Assembly: GCA_016217965.1 (NCBI GenBank)
Contig: JACRFI010000016.1
Location: 129,837-193,836, forward strand
DNA length: 64,000 bases
Direction of reading: 5' to 3'
From: Candidatus Kaiserbacteria bacterium
GTDB taxonomy: Bacteria; Patescibacteriota; Minisyncoccia; Phycocordibacterales; UBA2100
Every line of letters starts with the position of its first letter. Within the stretch, counting starts at the first letter, position 1. A model generated the notes under the pieces. That model made no database searches and was not told the DNA's origin. It saw only the letters and a program-made list of their open reading frames with translations. Below, one piece after another: positions 58,301-64,000 of this stretch. Position numbers and translations under genes: made by a program.

Positions 58301-61300
58301 CCCTTAGTACGACAACGCTCTATGGCGCACTTGGAGCTGCGGGGCAGGTTTTGATGTCGAACGGAACAAGTGTGGTGTGGGCTGCGACTTCAACATGTAT
58401 TCAAATAACAGGCTCGTCGGCGCTCTGCGATGGCGACGATGCAACAGGGGGAGGGGGCGCATCATTCGGACAGGCGTGGGAAGTTTTCGGCGCCGGAGCA
58501 GGTGCGTACCTCGCTCCTACCTCCACTGTGCAAAGCATAATCGTCGCCGCATCATCAACAATAGGAAGCGGCACACAGGCAGGAGGTCTCACGATTCTCG
58601 GAGGGGCGACAACAACGGGAAACTTGAGAGTACAAGGTAATGCGACAACAACTAACCTTGCTATCACTGCGTTGAATTGTTCGACATCTGGACAGCTACT
58701 TCAAACTGATTCAAGCGGAAATGTTATTTGCGGAACTGATGATTCGGGAGGCGGAGGGTCACTTCAGGGTGCATTTGATGGGGGAGCGACAATCGAAACA
58801 GCCGCCGCACCGATGATCGTAACAGAAACAACAGCCGCCGCGCATTCGCATGATCTATTGCAGCTCACTGCTAATGCTGTAACCGGCGGTACGTTTTCCG
58901 GCGACGCGCTTCAGATAACTATGGACGCAGCCGATGCAAATGCGCACACAGGAAACGGACTCCATATACTAGTCGATCAATCGCAAAACACCGGCTTTCC
59001 AGTATTAATTGAAGATGATGCAGGAGTAGATTTGCTAGCTGTTTCCGAAAGCGGAGGACTGACGTTGGGCAGCGCCGCAAACGGTCGCTCGGACATGACC
59101 GTGTATGGAGATGTTATCAGCAAGGGCTACACGATACAGCGTTCGCTCGCGAATATTATTGATCTTGTTATTTACGACACCACAAAGGATAGCGACAAGG
59201 GGGCGTGGCGCAAGAGCACGATGTCGTCAGGTCTATCATGGTACACAGAAACTAAAGACGACGGGCCGTCTGACACGTGTGTTATAGCGTCCGACGATAG
59301 GTGCGGTTCATCAGAATTTCCTCGCAAGGCGATCCTGGCGACGACTGCTGACGGCCTTTACATATTTGACGCGAAAGATAATTCGCTCTGGATGAAATTT
59401 ACTCAAGTTAGTGTAACTGGCGCACTCGGAGCCGATTCCACCAATAATCCTTCTGGCGTAGGAGCGGTCAACGGTGTGATATATGTCGGAACTAACGGCG
59501 CTGCCGCGACCGGCATGTACGCGTTTGATTTCACGCAAGATAGGATGTATCGCTACAACGCGACAAACCGCGTACAGGGGGATGTTGCGATCGGAAGCCG
59601 CAATACGACAGTTACCTATGCGACGAACGCTGATACAAACCTCGCGATATTGAACGCAACAGTAAACGACGTATCGGCCGCGATGCAATTAGGATCATCA
59701 GATGGATTCACCGTGACGCAGTCAATTCCAGATAACGATGATATCCAGCCCCTGCGGGGTGTGGTCTTGATAGCCGCCGCGAACGATTCCGGCGTGAGCG
59801 TCGTTCGACCGGATATTCAGAAGGTACTTAATTATTCTGATGTAACCAATGACGATTACAACACCGTCTTTGTCACAAGTCGTGGCCGTATGTATGCGGC
59901 GAACGAGACTCAAGGGCAGTTGGAGGAATGGAGGAACATTGACAGAGACCTGGTGTCGGAAGCAAACGGAACGCCCGATGAAGCGTTCGACGAGCTTACT
60001 ACGAACCCAACGATAACAACGGGGGCCGCTCCGACCATATTAACTTCGCCTGCGACGATCGCTGTTCTCGAGCGCGCCTCAAAGGCCAAAGAAACTGCTA
60101 CGACCGGCACCAACGACTCCGGCGACATTATTTATTTCGGGACCAACCTAGGCCTCGCTGAAATTCACGAATCCGGTGGCGTTCTTATCGCAGGCACGAC
60201 GGGCGCTTGGACAAAAATCATCACGACGGCAACTTCGACCCCGTTGATGCCAGCTGGCCCCCGAAGTGTCTTCCTATTTGATGAACCCGTAGGCGCGACA
60301 CAAGCGCATAGTGCTATCGGCGTTGCCGGTACAACCCGCAACGTCATGGATCAAGCAGGAGCTACTGCACCGACATTCGGTGGTACGGGCGTCCGTGGCA
60401 ATTCGGTAAACTTCAATAACAACTCGTACCTATGTTCGGATGCCAATGCAGATGGCACTTGCGATGCTGATACTGATTACAACGCGGGAACAATAAGTTT
60501 TACTGTGTCATTGTGGTTTAAGCACTCCGTTACTGCGGCATCTGATACATTATTTGAGAGGTGCTACACGCCAGCAGTACCAGCTGTCGCGGTTGGTTGC
60601 ATATGGGCTGGTATGACCTCAACAGGTGCGATCAAGGTTGGTTTGGATAGTATTACCACATGGACATACGAAACTACCTACGACGACTCGATTACCTCAA
60701 CGGCACTCTACAACGACAACCAGTGGCATCACTTGGTATATACCAACACCGACACGGACATCTGTCTTTATATTGATGGAAAACAGGCGGGAGCCTGCGA
60801 TATTGCTCTCGCAGCGACGGCCACCATGGACGCATCACAAGTCTTAACCATCGGCGGAGTATGTTCGGGAGCAAACTGTACTACCGGGACAAACTTCTGG
60901 GACGGATCGATTGATGATTTTGTCTGGAGTTCAAACGTGAACACCACTGCAAGCGGTGTTAACCCAGAAGGAGCAAGCGCGCTCTATCTGGACGGCAGAA
61001 CGCATATGATGCAGACAAATAGAGCGGTAACCGCTGCGACAACGTTCAGCGCAAGTACCATCGGTGATTCCGGAGAAGCGTGGGTACCGAACGAATTCGT
61101 GGGGAAAATCGTAACGATAACTGGCGGTACGGGCTCTGGTCAGACTCGTCGCGTTACATCAAATACGTCGACCGTGCTCACGGTGACGCCAAACTGGGGG
61201 ACAACACCAGACACTTCGTCCAACTTTGAAATAGACCCGGAGCACTTGCTAGGTGCAACTGATAATGTGACCGCCGTTGCCGTTGACCCAATGGTCCAAT

Positions 61301-63207
61301 TTGGCAAGGCGCGCCGGGTATACGTGGGAACGAGCAATGGTACCGACGGCGGTGCGGTGACGGTATTTTCAGACGCTGCCGTGGGTTCGTATGTGGTTGA
61401 CGCGCTGCACACTGATGCGGGCCTCTCGAGCGATGATTTCGGCTCGGCATGGTCTGGAGCAGATGCCGATGATATCCAGGCGATCGCGGTGCAATCCGGA
61501 ACTGTTGCCTATGGATCGCTCGCATTTATTCGCGCAACGCAAAATGACGTGAGTGCAGAGGAGGATCGTCTTCTTATGATCGGTGCAATCAACGGCATTC
61601 AGCAAGAATTGATCTCTCACTACCTGTTCGGGTCAACGCAAAATACGCTCGGCGTTGGAAATGGTGCTGACTTAGCAGAGCGTTACACCTCAACGGAAAC
61701 GCTCGAAGCGGGAGAAATAGTATCTGTCGACTCTGCTGTGTCGCTTGGTATAAAACGATCCAACGCAGCGTATCAGAAAGACGTGCTTGGCGTTGTTGCG
61801 ACAAAACCTGGGCTGATTTTGGGACCGGCAAGCGATACTACCTATCCAGTTGCGCTTGTTGGTCGAGTGCCGGTGAAGTTCACGACGGAAAACGGAATTC
61901 CAAAAGTTGGCGAAAGGATAGCAGCATCAACAATTCCGGGTTACGGAATGAGAGCGACGAAAGCGGGGCGAGTACTCGGCGCAACACTTGAGACTGTGGA
62001 TACGGAACAACTTGTATTGTGCCCGGGCGACGCGGAAAATGCGACACGCCGATGCGGGCAGGTAATGGTCTTTGTGAACCTCGTGGATTACGGCGGCGTT
62101 TCGCTCTCGGTACTAATGAATGAGAAAAAGGAAATCACGCTCAACTCCGGTCTTACGAAGAGTGTAGAAATTGCAGAGCCGCTTCCGACCTGTGGCGTGT
62201 TTTCCGGTGATGCCTCGGCGACAAGTACGGAAGATATTGCAACCACGACCGATGTCGTTGAAACTGAACCGTGCCTGGAACCTTCACTGCTTGCATCGGC
62301 GACGTCGACCGAGGCGACCTCAACGCCTGTAGTTGCCGATCGAGATCTCGACATTCTCGATTTCCTCCGCGATTATAAAGCGACGATCGACACCAATTCG
62401 TCCCTGGATTCCGAAATATTTACCGACCGCTTGAACGCAGGGATAGAGATATTTAGCCCGCGCATCGTCGCCAATGGCCTTCGTGTCGATACCATTGACG
62501 CCTTGTCCGAGCAGATCCGTATCAACCCCGACATTCTGTTCTTCGGTCGGCCATACTTTACGGTGGATACTGCCGGATTTGCGCTCGTGAAAAAAGGCGC
62601 GCAAGAAGTCTCTATCATCTTCAGTCGGGAATATCTCGACAAACCTATCATCAATGTAACGCTTGCTTCATCAGACGGCGTCGCATCAAGCCCGCAAAGT
62701 GCATCTGCTATCCAAGCGCTTCTCGGCAGCGATATCAGATTCCTTGTTGCGAACGCTACGACAACGGGCTTTACGATCTATCTCAATAAACCAGCTAGTG
62801 AGGATATTTCGTTCAATTGGATCGCGATTGCCGTACAAGGGGCACGAACGACGGAGTCCGAGGGCCTCGTTGTCGAATCCTTACCAGAGCCCGTCATTGT
62901 TCCTCCCGCACCCGAAGAAATAGAATGGGATGAGATTGCCACTTCCACGGTTGAAATAGTCGAGGAGCCTAGTGCGACTTCCACTCCTGGAGCACATCCA
63001 GAACTCGAGTTGCTCCCTGAAGATACTCCGACGCCTGAAGAGGAACTATCAGCGGAAACAGAAGCGCCAACTGAAGCATCTGTCCAAACGCAAGAAGAAC
63101 TCGTCGAAGGATCTGTCCCAGAAGAGACGGCGGAGCCGGAACAGCCAGTCGTAGAGGCCAACGTTCCTATTGAACCTATACCTCTGGATGAATTACCCGC
63201 AGAGTGA
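49318..63207 (+). CDS. Giant (4629 aa) secreted/anchored surface protein: many ~100-aa Gly/Thr/Ser-rich tandem repeats, a LamG (concanavalin A-like) domain and an acidic C-terminal tail
   Basis: GTG start with an N-terminal hydrophobic anchor. The repeated unit is LINLASDVTGILPVTNGGTGW..LGNGT...GTNGQVLALV.G.P.WV.TTT..ISGTLGV..GGTG. The LamG-like segment is ...VSLWFKHS...NDNQWHHLVY...LYIDG...WDGSIDDF. The C-terminal 100 aa are Glu/Pro-rich. Confidence 0.8.
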   Translation: MGNLRLHELAAAVLIVGTLVASIPIGGFFRALSAEAASLPTIISYQGRLTDSSGNLLGGSGTTYYLKFSIWDSATVGSGTRVWPTSAPTATTANVRQGVFTVNIGDTANGYPDALNYLFDSTSVYLQVEVSSSGSSYETLSPRQQISSSVFSQVSGATRGVGQSAIGTTTPHATSVLTVEATTSATTALTVRAAPSQSANLIDILNAAGTSLLSIDAVGNMTALARALFGYASSTAFSALDGLYVGRTSTTTILSNATSTFGAGISATALNITSSSASSTFANGINLTNGCFSINGTCVAGAGSNVWGAITGTLANQTDLQSALDAKLALTAWYSTTTTALAEGLNQYFTNARADARINATSTVGTLTSAPNLNTVSTSLTGFVKATAGVLATSLINLASDVTGVLSVSNGGSGWASVATGAVLYGNGSSALATTTSGSNGQVLALVSGVPAWVSTTTLSTIAGTLGIGSGGTGLSSTPTYGQVLIGNASSGYTLSGTSTLGVAIGDTTGTLAVNRGGTGVTSILDFLTLGTHTTGNYIATLADGGNGSLTISNSGSENAAVIAALNLGNANTWTGKQDFYGAASSTLLSSNKLYVGDTATTTILGSATSTFGAGVQMTALNVTSSSASSTFANGILLASGCFRMPDGTCLSSSGGLGLTTLNGLIAAVQTFAAGSSGTDFNIDSSVATHTFNIPSSSGSNRGLLTAADWTTFNSKAGSASPTFTGLVTLPNASSTMLSVLDAIFVGGTATTTIRGDGVASSIPYASTTAITATTASTTNLVASNSFTLGSVTGFLKATAGAVATSLINLASDVTGILPVTNGGTGWGNLASGAILLGNGTSAVATTSAGTNGQVLALVSGVPAWVSTTTLANISGTLGVASGGTGALTFGQGWLYSSGGTGALAASTSPTINYLVATSTTATSTFAAGISTTRLQTSATSTLADVVSQSILPAADAAYDLGSATNRFRDLYLSTASLHLESTVGETGNAKQWKFGIDTGNGTQSGTTTGFFRIQEGNSEMLYINHAGQVGIGISNPSSRLQVKGNPFLSGFSSGTISSSGTTVTGSGTSFQFGFNKISVGDQILANSQIRTVTAISSNTSLTIDSAFSPALSGEIYQTQQPIARFDSSAGDTKFIVGPGGNIGIGDLNPIGLLSVGSGDKFYIDALGTVASGTWNGKPVGALYGGTGLGATPTYGQVLVGNSGGGYALVATSTLGLGGSGGTVSSVQASGGTTGLSFSGGPVTTSGTFTLGGILNVSNGGTGWSDLASGAVLYGNGTAGVATTSAGAGGSVLALLNGVPTWTATTTLSTISGTLGVAKGGTGVTSAPTYGQLLIGNASNGYSLLATSTLGILTTNIEEGSNQYFTNARADARINATSTIGTLTSAPNLGTIATSLTGFVKATAGSLATSLINLASDVTGILPVTNGGTGWGNLASGVILLGNGTGAVATTSAGTNGQVLALVNGTPSWVATTTLANISGTLGVSSGGTGATTLSDLITLGTHSAGNYLATLSSSGSITVGGSGSENAAASVNINLGNANSWTALQQFTNASTSLVSASDALYVGRTATTTIRGEASATSTFAGGVDITKGVNLNSGYIFGAGLSSCSGSSDKLVWNAATGQFGCGADAGAGGGITGLKGQYSSTQTGSTQTFATSSDANVQLTITSSGDTHTFTPIWNGSLSVARGGTGSTTLTGILKGNGTGQVQSAIAGTDYVSSVTGDWTGTFDGQEGTYYTNATNLTNFGVPFYNFFSATTTDALAQGSTNKYYSDAFVNSYIHSSTTIPKTYTANTFTNTNTFNGSTNLSNASSTNMTIATLASTSQLVASNSFTFSNVTGFLKATAGTVATAAIDLANDVTGILGVNRGGTGWSNIASGAIVLGNGTGALATTSVGINGQVLALVNGTPSWVATTTAGTGLSYNGSAFSVNTSQNIATISNLTSNGFVRTSGGNGALSIDTATYLTDITGSSIEALNDVAAMTENFGDLLHWNGSTWTDLATSSLAINFSNLVVDAQDIDGELIADDTIDDDSIDFADITLSDFTNDANFASFAYPFPANATTTLLSLSGGFTATNATTSNSFGGRVTANTFSSGQSASTTIDSSGNTVVGGTLLVTGQTTLATSLSGFLKATAGVVATSLIDLANDVTGILGVNRGGTGWGNLASGAILLGNGTGAVATTSVGTNGQVLALSGGVPTWIATTTAGTGLTYTGSAFNVDLGTSIAANELASADFGDWTCNGTSCSLDSDTVADSEIDYTNVTLNDFTNDANFITTSGANTFTSLQQFQGNASTTKLSVYSNAYFGATATSSFSSTGVLTLATDLAVSEGGTGASTLTGLLQGNGTGAFTAVSDSSTVGQVLRTTGASTYAWGALDLSDTDAVTGTLPIARGGTNQSTFAANALLYFDGTSITATSTRPLYVGAINATTTATSTFQGGVSVLNFAQTGTASSTFSNGIQLAAGCFRMPDGTCVGSGGAGSTAWDTIGNPTLDGDIAFGGTSQNIDANTNDVTALAQDALTLTMTNDAATDILSQRLFVLENIASANGMENFIVIDNQDTDDAVVTGIDFVSAAGGITTAIDLDSANIGTGISLGANDIVGTNAVINFDAFDVDASGNITGITLDTGQGANELFDMDQNVLTSSAPSFAGLTLTGNASFLNATSTNLFSARQTASVAAFGATATSSFSSTGVLTLATDLSVTEGGTGASTLTGLLQGNGTGAFTALSDSSTVGQILRVTGASTYAWGALDLADSDAITGDLPFTNITQIAANSILGNITGATGDVAAIATSSLFTGSNGQALARANGTWVGVATTTAGTGLTYTGSAFNVNSTQSISALSNLTSNGFVKTSGGNGTLSVDTATYLTAALTSIGPTGQTSSGPAITFATSTSATNGLTSAITIVGSGATMTYTPSLSGTLTVAGGGTGVGTFSSGQLLYGNGTNALSSVATSSLAVGNGLAVSSGSLGYQIGGSNVSLGLAAIGANTILGNGTGASAVPTALSTTTLYGALGAAGQVLMSNGTSVVWAATSTCIQITGSSALCDGDDATGGGGASFGQAWEVFGAGAGAYLAPTSTVQSIIVAASSTIGSGTQAGGLTILGGATTTGNLRVQGNATTTNLAITALNCSTSGQLLQTDSSGNVICGTDDSGGGGSLQGAFDGGATIETAAAPMIVTETTAAAHSHDLLQLTANAVTGGTFSGDALQITMDAADANAHTGNGLHILVDQSQNTGFPVLIEDDAGVDLLAVSESGGLTLGSAANGRSDMTVYGDVISKGYTIQRSLANIIDLVIYDTTKDSDKGAWRKSTMSSGLSWYTETKDDGPSDTCVIASDDRCGSSEFPRKAILATTADGLYIFDAKDNSLWMKFTQVSVTGALGADSTNNPSGVGAVNGVIYVGTNGAAATGMYAFDFTQDRMYRYNATNRVQGDVAIGSRNTTVTYATNADTNLAILNATVNDVSAAMQLGSSDGFTVTQSIPDNDDIQPLRGVVLIAAANDSGVSVVRPDIQKVLNYSDVTNDDYNTVFVTSRGRMYAANETQGQLEEWRNIDRDLVSEANGTPDEAFDELTTNPTITTGAAPTILTSPATIAVLERASKAKETATTGTNDSGDIIYFGTNLGLAEIHESGGVLIAGTTGAWTKIITTATSTPLMPAGPRSVFLFDEPVGATQAHSAIGVAGTTRNVMDQAGATAPTFGGTGVRGNSVNFNNNSYLCSDANADGTCDADTDYNAGTISFTVSLWFKHSVTAASDTLFERCYTPAVPAVAVGCIWAGMTSTGAIKVGLDSITTWTYETTYDDSITSTALYNDNQWHHLVYTNTDTDICLYIDGKQAGACDIALAATATMDASQVLTIGGVCSGANCTTGTNFWDGSIDDFVWSSNVNTTASGVNPEGASALYLDGRTHMMQTNRAVTAATTFSASTIGDSGEAWVPNEFVGKIVTITGGTGSGQTRRVTSNTSTVLTVTPNWGTTPDTSSNFEIDPEHLLGATDNVTAVAVDPMVQFGKARRVYVGTSNGTDGGAVTVFSDAAVGSYVVDALHTDAGLSSDDFGSAWSGADADDIQAIAVQSGTVAYGSLAFIRATQNDVSAEEDRLLMIGAINGIQQELISHYLFGSTQNTLGVGNGADLAERYTSTETLEAGEIVSVDSAVSLGIKRSNAAYQKDVLGVVATKPGLILGPASDTTYPVALVGRVPVKFTTENGIPKVGERIAASTIPGYGMRATKAGRVLGATLETVDTEQLVLCPGDAENATRRCGQVMVFVNLVDYGGVSLSVLMNEKKEITLNSGLTKSVEIAEPLPTCGVFSGDASATSTEDIATTTDVVETEPCLEPSLLASATSTEATSTPVVADRDLDILDFLRDYKATIDTNSSLDSEIFTDRLNAGIEIFSPRIVANGLRVDTIDALSEQIRINPDILFFGRPYFTVDTAGFALVKKGAQEVSIIFSREYLDKPIINVTLASSDGVASSPQSASAIQALLGSDIRFLVANATTTGFTIYLNKPASEDISFNWIAIAVQGARTTESEGLVVESLPEPVIVPPAPEEIEWDEIATSTVEIVEEPSATSTPGAHPELELLPEDTPTPEEELSAETEAPTEASVQTQEELVEGSVPEETAEPEQPVVEANVPIEPIPLDELPAE

Positions 63208-63984
63208 TCACTTACCAGAATACTGCTCGTCGATTTTTCCGTACACGAATTCAGACACATCGGCTATCGCCCTTTCGAGGACTGGCGTCTCTGATCCGCG
63301 TGTCATGACGCATAGAAGATATGGATGCTTAGGATAGTAGATAATACCGCAGTCGTGGAGATGTCGCTCTCCGGTATTGATTTGTCGCTCACCAAATTTA
63401 TGCGCCACAGTGACGTTAACAGGAACTCCTTTTCGGAGACCGTTCGTGTAATCGATTCTTGTAAGAAGCCCTAATGCTTGCTCTGACCTTTCTTGCGAGA
63501 GGAATGACGAGTTATAAAGAATGCGGAAGAATGCCGCGTACTGTTTGACCGAGAGCGAAGCAGCCGAATTTGTCACGACTGAGGAGTCCACGCCGAGAAG
63601 GTTATAAAGGTGTGTATGATCCTCGAGAGGCAATTCTTTAAAGAGAAGGAGAAGTGCGTCGTTGTCGGAGTACATGATCATTCGTTCGATCAGGCCATCG
63701 ATAGTGTATTCATTACCCCTCGTAAGGCGTTCGGCCGGGACGATGGTTTGATGTGCAGCTGATGTGTCTGTCCCGGTAAAAAGGAGTTTGCGCTCTAAGA
63801 TGCTCGCATTATGATCGGCCGCCCGATAGTACGCCATCATAATTGGGACTTTGAGAAGGCTTGCGGGGACGAACGGATCATCTTGCTTTACGCCGAACGT
63901 CGGGCCGTTGTTGAGGTCGCGAAAGTAAACGGCTATTTCGCTGACGGAAGTTTCTTTCTCGAGCGATGCAATGACGTCTTCCAA
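63208..63984 (-). CDS. Class A beta-lactamase-fold serine hydrolase (beta-lactamase/PBP-like)
   Basis: SxxK (ASLLK), SDN (YSDNDA) and KTG-like (HKFGE) motifs in the canonical order. Convergent with and abutting the giant gene. The start lies near the window edge and may be incomplete. Confidence 0.6.
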   Translation of the reverse strand: MEDVIASLEKETSVSEIAVYFRDLNNGPTFGVKQDDPFVPASLLKVPIMMAYYRAADHNASILERKLLFTGTDTSAAHQTIVPAERLTRGNEYTIDGLIERMIMYSDNDALLLLFKELPLEDHTHLYNLLGVDSSVVTNSAASLSVKQYAAFFRILYNSSFLSQERSEQALGLLTRIDYTNGLRKGVPVNVTVAHKFGERQINTGERHLHDCGIIYYPKHPYLLCVMTRGSETPVLERAIADVSEFVYGKIDEQYSGK

Positions 63985-64000
63985 TCCCGATTTGAAGTTT

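Overview
This 64 kb window looks like a compact, CPR/Patescibacteria-like bacterial genome segment; that taxonomic call is inference from gene content and style. GC is about 50 percent, with several AT-rich islands. The main blocks are: (1) A complete type IV pilus locus at 331-6940: pilT, pilC, two pilins, prepilin peptidase pilD and four pseudopilins. (2) ligA-gatC-gatA at 7024-10762. (3) A probable integrated mobile region at about 11.5-17.1 kb: two tRNA(CAT), an AT-rich HExxH protein, a frameshifted GNAT gene, a LAGLIDADG endonuclease, tRNA-Asp overlapped by a large serine recombinase, and an ORF-free structured region carrying two perfect inverted DnaA boxes. (4) An XRE regulator plus a single-chain Type IIG restriction-modification enzyme, a Cys-rich secreted protein, and a 1037-aa protein ending in a PLP-dependent (class V aminotransferase-fold) domain. 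(5) A TrmB-like regulator convergent with a RelA/SpoT synthetase-domain protein. (6) Housekeeping genes: tgt, gdh, prfB, ftsEX, pyrG, a CBS-less guaB-like gene, a CapA-like metallophosphatase and an MFS transporter. (7) tRNA-Thr(GGT), tRNA-Thr(CGT) and tRNA-Gln, two of them preceded by free-standing homing endonuclease genes (one HNH, one further LAGLIDADG). (8) A cell-surface cohesin-dockerin trio with a poly-Gly tract. (9) A REC / HAMP sensor / histidine kinase / REC-zinc-ribbon cluster with a YhhQ-like transporter. (10) A 4629-aa giant surface protein built from near-identical ~100-aa repeats plus a LamG domain, followed by a class A beta-lactamase-fold gene. Recurrent short CTAG-containing and AATTTTCAA tandem motifs lie in intergenic regions and in pseudopilin leader-coding DNA. 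No rRNA or CRISPR was seen.
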